Below are positions 53,712-64,000 of a stretch of DNA of 64,000 bases, one piece after another. Origin of the DNA: Octopus vulgaris (lineage: Eukaryota); assembly GCA_951406725.2 (NCBI GenBank), contig OX597815.1, positions 133,734,001 to 133,798,000 of the forward strand, written 5' to 3'. The notes beneath the pieces were generated by a model that was not told where the DNA came from, made no database searches, and saw nothing but the letters and a program-made list of their open reading frames with translations. A program made the position numbers and the translations under genes. The first letter of the stretch is position 1. Each line of letters starts with the position of its first letter.

Positions 53712-54130
53712 TACTCCTTTCAGTCATTAGACTGTGACCATGCTGGAGCACTGCCTTGAAAAACTTTAGTTGTACAAATCCACCCAAGTACTTTTTTTTT
53801 CAAGCCTGGTACTTATTCAGTCTCTTTTGCTGAACAGCTAAGTTACAGGGATGTAAACACACCAACCCCAGTTGTCAAGCAGTGGCATGGGGGACAAAGA
53901 TACATACACACACACACACACACTCTCTCTCTCTTCCACTCACACACACAGACACACACATATATTACATGATGGGCTTCTTTCAGTTTCCCTCTACCAA
54001 ATCCACTCACAAGGCTTTGGTTGGCCTGAGGCTATAGCAGAAGATACTTGCTGAAAGTGCCATGAAGTGGAACTGAAACCAGAACCATGTGGTTGGGAAG
54101 TAAACTTCTAACCACACAGTGATACCTGCA
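53712..54130 (-). mobile_element. CORE-like SINE family C
   Basis: Full-length homology, reverse strand. Confidence 0.85.
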
Positions 54131-54530
54131 CCTACTTATATAGGAAGAGTGACAATAACGAGCTTATTATATGTAGTGCTCAGGTAGACTATAACTCATT
54201 AGAAAATAGAAAAAGATTGGACAAAATGCAGAGTTAATAATAAATATGAATAAAGACAAGACAGCAAAAATAATCAAAAATGCATGAATTGTAGACAGGA
54301 TAAGACAGCTAACTGAACAGTAGAAGAGTCATCAAGACAAGAGGATGCATAGGCATGTCAAGAGTAATACTGGGAATTTCAGAAAGCATGGAATTTTTCG
54401 AAGGGTACAAGGTTCTGGGACCTAACAACTGACAAGGGTAATTTATTTGATGCTTTGATAATTTGGAGTGTGAAAAAATGTTTCCAAAAGATATGGGTGC
54501 TGTGTTTTTTTGTTTTTTTTTGTTTTATAA

Positions 54531-54900
54531 GCATGTCAAGTGTGGTAAGAAACTTGCTTTCTAACCACAAGGTTCCAAGTTCAGTCCCACTGTATGGCAG
54601 CTTGGGCAAGTGTCTTCTACTATAACCTCAAGCCAACTAAAGCCTTGTGTATGGATTTGGCAGATGGAAACTGATAGAATTCTGTCGTGTGTGTGTGTGT
54701 GTGTCCCCCACCACTGCTTGACAAGCTGTGTTAGTGTGTTTACATGCTCATAACTTTGCGGTTCAGCAACAAGATTGATAGAAGAAATACTAGATTTTAC
54801 ACAAAAAAAAAACCCATTGCGGTCGATTTGTTCAACTACAATTTTTCAAGGCAGTACCTCAGTATGGCCACAGTCTAATGACTGGAACAAGTAAAAGATA
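54531..54900 (+). mobile_element. CORE-like SINE family C
   Basis: Full-length homology to family C. Confidence 0.85.
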
Positions 54901-55299
54901 AAATATATCTCTATCTATCTATCTATCTAACTATATATATATATGTATATATATATATGGATTTCATTGCTGTCTTCTGTATTTAATTTATTGCTGCTGC
55001 TTTCTGTCCCCCTTTTTACTCCTTTTCCTTTGAATTGTAGTGCACCTGAGCACTGTATACAATAAGCTTATATCTTTATATATAAATGTATATAACTATG
55101 TATGTAAATATATACAGGCACACATATATATATTTTATATGCTTAAACTTATCAGATGTTTCTTGTTATCTTCATATCTTTTCATATAAACATTCAAGGT
55201 TTGTCATTCAGTAGAGCTGTCCTGGCATCTATACATCTGAGCCTAGTTTGAAAGTGTGTATTTGTATGTATGTGTAGTTTTATATACACGTAGATAAAT

Positions 55300-55438
55300 G
55301 TATTTATGTCTCTATATGCATAAATGTGTGTGTGTGTGTGTATGATGGCTTTATATGTAAATATGTATTTGTAGTGCATATTCTTATTTGTATATGTGAA
55401 TAGTATATGCATGTGTGTGTGCGCATATATATATATGC

Positions 55439-55478
<40 letters not shown>

Positions 55479-55689
55479 TGCATTTTTATATGTGCGTGCA
55501 TGTACATATATTTGTGTATATATCTGTTTTTATTTGTATGTACATGCATATATGCATATGTTGTATGTGTGCATGTGTATATATATATGCATACATGCAC
55601 ATACATAAATGTATACACTGTGTGTTTTCATATGTATGTACATGCATATATGCATGCATATGTATGGTGAATGTACATGTACATACATA

Positions 55690-55764
<75 letters not shown>

Positions 55765-55810
55765 TCACATCCACATATACTTACACACACACATACACGC
55801 ACACACACTC
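55300..55810. repeat. Compound TA/TG/CA low-complexity tract
   Basis: Direct reading. Confidence 0.9.
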
Positions 55811-56369
55811 TTCACTATTTTGCTACATGATGACTAAATGCTTCATAGACAATTTCCTGCTGGTTTAGTTTCATTTTTTTTTTTTTTAAGCTTTCGTTTT
55901 GAAAGCCACCCTTCTGAGCATATGTTTTATGAACAGTGTTAGTTTGTATAAATAATACCTACATCATACTTATCATAATGCAGAAATCTATTTTTACCTC
56001 AACAAATTCTTGGTACAGATAATTTCCTTATCTGCGTTTTCCTTCTTTTCTTTTTTTCTTTCTTGCCTATAAGAACTCCTTTACCTACCCCCAGGAACTC
56101 TTTCTCATCATCTCAGTTTCAACTATAATTCAACTCATATTCATTTCCAAACCATTTTCCCTGTTTTACCCTGAACAAACATAATCAACATTATTTCCAT
56201 TATAGTATAGCTGTAACCGAGTTTTGTTTTTCCCCTTACTTTCTGTTTCCTTTTATTTATTTATTTATTTTTTTGTAACACTGTTTTCTTCATCTTTTAT
56301 CTGGGTTGGCTTTGTCTCTCATTCTGTTGACTCCACAAGGATAAAAGGCAAAGTGAGATTTGAATCCTT

Positions 56370-57991
56370 TACATTCGGAGTTAAAATCTCACCAGAATTG
56401 ATAAAATAAAGTACCAGTTAAGTACTGGGATTACATTAATCAACTGTGCCTTCCATCATATTTGTGGCCTTATGCTTTAACGAGAAATTATTATTATTAA
56501 CATTATAAGGCGGCCAGCAGGCAGAATCGCTTGCACATTGGGCAAAATGCTTAGTGGCATTTTGCCTGTCTTTACATTCAGAGTTCAAATTCCGCTGAGG
56601 TCGACTTTGCCTTTCATCCTTTCGGGGTCAATAAATTAAGTACCTATTTCTTTACTACCCACAAGGGGCTAAACACAGAGCGGACAAACAAGGACAGGCA
56701 AACGGATTAAGTCGATAACATCGACCCCAGTGCGTAACTGGTACTTAATTTATCGACCCCGAAAGGATGAAAGGCAAAGTCGACCTTGGTGGAATTTGAA
56801 CTCAGAACGTAACGGCAGACAAAATACGGCTACGCATTTCGCCCGGTGTGCTAACGTTTCTGCCAGCTCACCACCTTTATAAATTAAGTACCAGTGGAAC
56901 ACTGGGGTTGATATAATCAACTTGTCCCCTTTCCCCAAATTTCAGGCCTTGTGCCTATTGTAGAAACGATTATGATTATTATTATGGCTGCAAGCTAGCA
57001 GAATTGTTAGCGTGACAGGAAAAATGCTTAGTTGCATTCCATCCATCTTTATGTTCTGAGTTCAAATTCTACTGAGGTTGACTTTACCATTCATCCTTTT
57101 GGGGTTGATGAAATAAGTACCAGTAACACATTGGGTCAATGTAATCGACTTGCCCTTCTCCCCTAATTTCAAGCATTGTGCCTTTAATAGAAAGGATTAT
57201 TATTTGCAGAATTGTTAGCATGCTGGGCAAAATTCTTAGCAGCATTTCGTCTGTCTTTGCGTTCTGATTTCAAAGTCTGCTAAGGTTGAGTTTACTTTTC
57301 ATCCTTTTTGGATCAAAAAAATAAGCACCAGTTGAACATTGAGGTCAATGTAATCGACTTGTCACCTCCCCCAGAATTTCTGGTCTTGTGCCAAAATTTG
57401 AAATCATCATCATCATTATTATTATTATTGTGGGAAGTTGGCCGAATTGTTAGCATACCAGACAAAATGCTTAACTGCATTCCGTCTGTCTTTATGTTCT
57501 GGGTTCAAATTCTGCAAAGGTCAACTTTGCTTCAGTCAGGTACTTAGTTCAAAATAATTGATTAGCCCCCTCCCCCAAAATTTTAATATTTTTGCCTATA
57601 ATACAAAGAATTATTAGGTTGGTGGAATTGTTAGAATGTTGGACAAAAATGCTTTGTGGTTCCAGCTCTTTATGTTGTGAGTTCAAATCATGCCTAAATC
57701 AACTTTGCTTTTCATCCACTGGAGGTATGAAAATAAAGTGCCATTCAAGTGTAGGGGTTGATATTATTGACAGTTCAAAGGTGGAAAGCTGGTAGAATTA
57801 TTAGCATACCAGGCAAAATGCTTGGCAGCATTTCGCCCATTTTTACGTTCTGAGTTGAATTTCTGCCAAGGTCAACCTTACCTTTCATTCTTTTGGGGTT
57901 GATGAAAAAAGTAAGCAGTCAAGCACTGGCGTTGATGTAATCGGCTTACCCTCTGCCCCAAACTTGTTGGCTTTGTACCAAAAGTTGAAAC
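56370..57991 (+). repeat. Head-to-tail array of ~7 family A SINEs separated by (ATT)n-like spacers
   Basis: Units start at about 56370 (partial), 56508, 56986, 57205, 57430, 57617 and 57780; the last has a 20-bp TSD TGATATTATTGACAGTTCAA (57759-57778 / 57992-58011). Confidence 0.88.
56644..56878 (-). mobile_element. Young tail-B SINE inserted antisense into an array unit
   Basis: Perfect 13-bp TSD ATAAATTAAGTAC (56631-56643 / 56879-56891); retains many CpGs. Confidence 0.92.
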
Positions 57992-59569
57992 TGATATTAT
58001 TGACAGTTCAAGGAATATCTGAATAGTGTACTTTAGTGAACAATATATTTGTTCCTTTAAAAGGTTCAGGAGCTGTACAGGGTTGAAGCATTTTTGGTCT
58101 TGAAGAAGAAAACCTAGTTTCTAAGATAATAGTTTTGTTATTTAATAAACACACACACCACCAACACCACCACCATTATCATCATCAATGTCATCATTAT
58201 CATCATCATCACCACCACTCAGCTCCAAGTCAGCCTAGCTTATAATCAGTGGTATTCCAGACATGGTGATCCTGAATTTTTCCAGACACATTATATCCTG
58301 TGTATCTTTTTTGAAAGTTTAAGGTAGTATTTCAGTTCAAGGTGGCTGAGTGACCATGCAGAGGCTCCTTCTTCAGCTCATTTTAAAGAGAGATTGTCAG
58401 AGACATAAATACACCAGCATCAGTAATGGCAGTGGGGACAAACACACACACACACATAATGGGCTTCTTTCCATCCACCAAATTCACTCACAAGGCTTTG
58501 GTCAGCCTGAAGCTATTGTAGAAGACACTTGCCCAAGGTGCCATGCAGTGGGATTTAATCCGGAACCATGTGGTTGGGAAGCAAGCTTCTTACCACACAG
58601 TCTTAGTGAAGTTTTCAAAAGAAACTATCATTAATATTGAATAGTCCTTGGTATGTTTATCCTGCTCAGATTGAATAGACTTAGCACCCAACATTTCTTT
58701 CTATGAGATGGTGTGTGCACTGTGTTTTAATATTGCTGAAGAAGACCAAGTAGGTGAGATCTATTTTTGTGATGTTTTGGACGCCTTCTTCAGATATGCA
58801 GGTTTATTATCATTTTGTCACAGGCCAGCTCTAATACATCAGACCCATGATAAAAAGCATTCCAGCCTTGACCAGCTTTTTGTCAGACATAGTAATAAAT
58901 CAGGAATGTGATTTAAGAAGGATTTGGTTACTATTTCTAACATGTCAATTGATTTCTTTTTTTCTTATTCTTCATTGGATCCAACTTAACAATAGTTTAG
59001 GAATGATGTAATTAGTGCAAGAGTGTGTGTGTGTTTTGTGGGGGAGGTGCATGATGGCAAATAAATGATTGAAATATACAATGAAAGAAATTAATAGCAA
59101 TAACAATTACTGACTGACCTAAATTAATTCTGTCTTTTCTGTGTGCCAAAAGAAAGTTAATATTTCAAATCTCCTAAGCATAAGATACATTGAAGCACAA
59201 AATAGAAAACAGAAATGCAAGGCCAAGAAATAGAAAAAGAAGAAGAATGGAAGGAGGAGCAGAAAGAAAAGACAAAAGAGAACATTGGAGCATTGATTGT
59301 CTATAGGGTAAAAATTCTAACTAATTGTGAGGAAGGAAGATCTTGATTCAAGTGAGGCTTGAGTTTGGTTTGCCTAATAAAGCACCACTGCATGATGTGC
59401 AAGTAGAACTGCAAGGAAGTGCAACGGTGTGTTATTTCTAGCAGTTTTGCTAGGGTTCTTCATTCACGCTTCAGTAAAAATCAATTTTACTTCAAGCTAT
59501 TGAGTCTTGATGGTCTTTCTATGTCAACTCTTTTCTATACTGACTGTACTGCAGAAATACCATTTCTTC

Positions 59570-59985
59570 TGTTGTGTGTGCTTGTGTGCTTGTACATGCA
59601 TCTTTGCATGCTTGTATACATGCCTGCCTATGAATTCAGTGTGTGCACATGTGCATGATAGTACATACATGCATTTGTATATGTGTGCACTAGTATAATA
59701 CATGTATACATTAGCATATGTGCATACATGTGTTTATGCATATGAATACATATGTGTGTATATGGACATGTGTGCATGTAAATGCATATATGCATTTGTA
59801 TGTATATATACATATACATACATGCATCATGCATGCATGTGAATGTGCTTCCATGTGAATGCATGCATAATGTTACCTTTACATGTATATGTTTGCACAT
59901 GTATGTGTGCATAATGTTTATTGTTTGCACCTCCCTTGTGTATACAATGTAGTGTGTGTGTATAATGCTCTGTGTATATATGTGC

Positions 59986-60029
<44 letters not shown>

Positions 60030-60785
60030 ATCCACGTTGTGCATGTATGCATGTGTATGCCTGTGTCTGGTTGTGTGTGTGTGTGTGTGTGTCAGCTATA
60101 TAATTTATGCTATAAGGTTGTATTGTACCTACAAACTCATGCATTTTATGTTCATGCTTTTTATTGAATATATTGCATGTGTATATATGTTCAAGCAAAC
60201 ATCCAAGCTGTTGTGTATGTGTATATAATGTACATAAGCATACATTTCCCATATATGCATGTATTTGTATAAGATTTCTTAGTGACCCAGAACTAAGACA
60301 GCATTTACATAATAATATAATATCAAACGCTGCTTTAATTATGGGATACTGTATGTATGATTAATATCCTTTCAACAATTTGTGGTATGTGAAAATGCAC
60401 GTGCACATGCTTTTGCGTGTGCATGTGCTCATGTGTATGTATGTGCTTTGTGTGTGTGTGTGTTTGTATGGGTGGGCGCACTCTTATGTGTTAGGTGAAA
60501 GTCTGAACAAAGAAAGATTTCTGTCTGGAGGGATTTTTTCTTGTGTGTGTGTGTGTGTGTGTATGTGTTTGTGTTTGTGTGTGTGTGTGTGTGCAAAGAG
60601 GGTTCTTAACTTATTTTCTTAAACACATATATACTTGTGTATGAATGCATTTTCATATGTATGTGTTTATGTAATATATATATATACATCTTTGTGTATA
60701 TGAATATATATACATGCAGTCATCTACATGCAGCTACACATGCATATGCATATATAACTATACTATGAATATGCATGTGTATCTC
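59570..60785. repeat. Degenerate alternating purine-pyrimidine tract, CpG-poor
   Basis: TGCATG/TATG/TGTG-rich with very few CG. Confidence 0.8.
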
Positions 60786-61279
60786 TACAATGAAAATTGA
60801 ACGTTTTTTCTTTTTTTCTTTTTTTTTCCACAATCTATTTGAAGTGAAAGAATGTATAAATTATTTCTGCTATCACTGTTATTATTAGTATTATTATTAT
60901 CATAATCATCTTCATTTTTTTTGCTGATGTAGTAAGTGATTAACAAAAATGATGTAATGTTCTTTTCTATTGAGGATCGATGATTTAACACTTTAAGATT
61001 TAGAAGAATGCTATTAATGATGTTTAACCACAGGTCAAGCTTGATCAAGCAGACAAACTTATGATTAAATGTATTTCCAACTGTGACCACCCTATCTTTC
61101 TGTGAGCATTCTGGACTACATCATTTATATGTGTTCATCCTTTCTTTTTCATTAAAAAACAATAGTGTGATTTGAATGGGATTAACTGTAATTTTTGGCA
61201 GTCGCAGGACTATGTAGAAGCCACTTCACTGAAGAATGATTTTGAAGAAAACAATGATATTAACACACTTACACACTAT

Positions 61280-61455
61280 AAGGCAGTGAGCTGGCAGAAT
61301 TGTTAGCAAGACGGGTACAGTGCTTAGTGGTATTTCATCCTCTTTACACTTGTCCTGAGTTCATATTCCACTGAGGTTGACTTTGTATTTCATCCTTTTG
61401 GGGCCAATAAAATAAGTACCTGTTGAGTATTGGTGCCAAAATTTGAAATCAATAT
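61280..61455 (+). mobile_element. SINE family A, CpG-decayed
   Basis: GGCAGTGAGCTGGCAGAATTGTTAGC head, body and short tail A. Confidence 0.8.
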
Positions 61456-61477
61456 TCAAGGAATTTCGCATTTAAGT

Positions 61478-61870
61478 GCAGGTATGGCTGTGGGGGAAGA
61501 AGCATGCTTCTCAACCACATGGTTCTGGGTTCAGTCCCACTGTGTAGCACCTTGAGCATGTGTTTTCTACTATAGCCTTGGGCCGACCAAAGCCTTGTGA
61601 GGGGATTTGGTAGATGGAAACTGAAAGAAGCCCATCATATATATATGTATGTGTGCATATATCAGTGAGTGTGTGCTTGTGTTTGTTACCCCATCACCGC
61701 TTGGTAACCAGTGTTGGTGTGTTTATGTCCCTGTAACTTAGCAGTTTGGCAAAAGAGACCGGTAGAACAAGTACCAGGCTTAAAAAAATAAGTCCTGGAG
61801 TCGATTTCTTCAACTAAAAGGTGGTGTTCCAGCATAGCCGCAGTCACATGACTGAAACAAATAAAAGAAT
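61478..61870 (+). mobile_element. CORE-like SINE family C
   Basis: Full-length homology to family C. Confidence 0.88.
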
Positions 61871-62456
61871 AAAAGAATATACAGGCATGGAGCCAATAAA
61901 GGATTATCATTGAAACAGTGCTAGAACTTCCATGTACCCATAAACCTCAACTAGGTCTCACTCAAACAGCTGTCACCTGTCTTAATCACTGATCACAAAA
62001 TATGACAACTAAATGTATTAAAGTCTGAGGATTAAAAATTTTACTATATTTCCATTGGAATACATTGTCTTTGTTTAAAATTAATTTTTGAAAATAATGA
62101 AAAATCTATTAAAATAATCTTGTCATTATTCACAAGTGTTTCAGATTTATAGTAACATGACATTTTGATAGGAAGGTTTTAATTTATGTTTATGAATTTG
62201 TGTTGCAAGACTCCTGATTTAGATCTTTGTAAAACAAGGAATTTGTATCATAGAACTAAGAAACCGTCTCTGGTGTGTTGGTATCAAAAGGGTTAAAGAT
62301 TTCTAATGGAGGTCCCCCATCTCTCTCTCTCTCTCACACACACACATACCTCTTCCACTATTTTACTGGTTTCAGTCATGGGACTATGATAAAACAAACT
62401 TGAAACCTTCAATGTTTTAGGTTATCTTGAACAAACCAATCAATCCTTTTTCATTC

Positions 62457-62502
<46 letters not shown>

Positions 62503-62704
62503 AGAAAAATTGAAAATGGAGACAAATGCACTTCATATCATCAACATATGTTTCGATGGATGCATTCAAAATATAAATCCGACAGGATGAATAATGTGGA
62601 GCAATGTATCAATCTTATCAGGGAAGATATAAACACTATATATAATGTGTTGTTCTGTAATAGAAAAATCAACAAAAAAGTACTCCATCTAGTGAGAGAA
62701 AAAC

Positions 62705-62912
62705 ATTTATTTAAAGGACATGATACATATTTTTAAGTGCTACTAATAGTTTCATATATTGAGAAATATCTCAAAAATATTCATCTGGTACAAACCACAT
62801 ATCATATCATTATGATATGTGGTTTGTGCCTGATGAATATGTTTGAGATAATTGTCAACATATGAAACTATTAGTAGCACTTAAAGACATGTATTGTGTA
62901 CTTTAAATAAAT
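62705..62912. repeat. ~208-bp foldback (two ~102-bp arms, 4-nt loop)
   Basis: ATTTATTTAAAG...AACCACATATCATA | TCAT (62807-62810) | TATGATATGTGGTT...CTTTAAATAAAT. Confidence 0.92.
62826..62880 (+). ncRNA. Minimal type I hammerhead ribozyme (Penelope-like)
   Basis: Stem I GTGC/GCAC, CTGATGA (62830-62836), stem II ATATGTT(T)GA/TCAACATAT, GAAA (62864-62867), stem III ACTA-T-TAGT, GTA triplet (62874-62876). Confidence 0.72.
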
Positions 62913-62925
62913 AATATATATATCC

Positions 62926-63110
62926 ACTCCGAGAGTGTAAGCACCCTCTACACTCTTGGAGTAGTTGACGTTAGGAAGGGTATCCAGCAGTAGAAACCTT
63001 GCCAGATCAGATTGGAGCCTGGTACAGCTTTCTGGCTTGCCAGTCCTTAGTCAAACCATCCAACACCCTGCAGTATGGAAAGTAGATGTTAAACGATGAT
63101 GATGATGATA
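62926..63110 (+). mobile_element. 5'-truncated retroelement 3' end (tail-R type) with an inverted 5' junction
   Basis: Ends GATGTTAAACGATGATGATGATGA; ACTCCGAGAGTGTA / TACACTCTTGGAGT inverted pair at the 5' end. Confidence 0.7.
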
Positions 63111-63129
63111 AATATATATATATTTCATA

Positions 63130-63413
63130 ATCATCATTGTTTAATATCCACTTTTCCATGCTTGCATGAGTCTGATGGAAGGAATTTGTTGAACCAGATT
63201 TTCTATGACTGGATGTCTGGCTGTCCTTCCTGTTGCCAGTTCTTACATGTTTCCAAGTAAAGTGATATATTTCCCCATGGCCAAATATACTTTATTTTTA
63301 TGGAAGACTGGATTCGAACAATATCGCTTGTATGACAGTGATGCTCATTTACAATCATCACATGATGCCAAGACAAGAACAGACACACACACACAGATAT
63401 AAATATGTGTGTA

Positions 63414-63475
<62 letters not shown>

Positions 63476-63625
63476 CATACATGGGTTTCTTATAGTTTCC
63501 ATCTATCAAATCCATTTACAAAGCTTTGGTTCACTTGGATCTTTTGTAGGTGTCAGCAGTGGGACTGAACTTATGACCACACGGCTGGGCAACAAGCTTC
63601 TTAAGCACATGACAGTGCTTGTGCC
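63130..63625 (-). mobile_element. SINE with family C head and tail R
   Basis: TCATCATTGTTTAATATCCACTTTTCCATGCTTGCATG (tail R, reversed), then (CT)n(TA)n, then family C head reversed. Confidence 0.75.
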
Positions 63626-64000
63626 TATATTTTTATGTTGTGGGTATGGAACACTCTACTACCATTCTATCATTACTAAAGAAAACATAATTCCATCCAA
63701 TTTTTGAAAATTTTTCTAATGTTTTCAATCTTAAAACCATAATTTGAATAATTTATGTATTTTTAATGATTAGTGTTATTTGTGATGATTTATAAAAAAA
63801 AAATCAATTATCATTTACTGAACCATGAATGTCTGATTGGAATTGGTAAGTTCACTTCGTTCATAGTTCTGTCTTGGAAGAAAATGGTAATCATAATTTT
63901 GCTTTTAAATTATAGAATTAATTTTAGGATCTAGTTAATAAAATATAAATGCATAACTATAGATCACTTAAAACTGAGAGAAAATAATTAATATTTTGTT

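Noticed and set aside
56370-58011. CRISPR-like or satellite array
   Set aside because: Units are ~200-bp diverged SINEs without unique spacers, in eukaryotic context with no cas genes

Overview
AT-rich, repeat-dominated eukaryotic DNA with no intact host protein-coding gene that I can support. The SINE families, CORE motif and (TA)n/(TG)n density look like an octopus (coleoid cephalopod) genome; that is recognition, not a database result. The only long coding trace is a near-full-length but disabled L1/Tx1-type LINE (~12196-17154). The main finding is an apparent LINE/SINE partnership. The LINE's last ~50 nt are homologous to the tail ('tail B') of one variant of an abundant tRNA-derived SINE (family A). 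Both the LINE and the tail-B SINE are repeatedly joined to the same site (GTATTTCGTCTG) between the Pol III A and B boxes of family A SINEs, producing nested stacks. Also present: two minimal Penelope-type hammerhead ribozymes (one inside a ~208-bp foldback), a head-to-tail SINE array, head/tail shuffling among SINEs, CRE, RTE and hAT remnants, MITEs with TSDs, and a sharp loss of CpG after ~43 kb suggesting the start of a methylated domain. Most ORF-track entries are microsatellite or SINE artefacts. Boundaries of old repeats are approximate and were set by eye.
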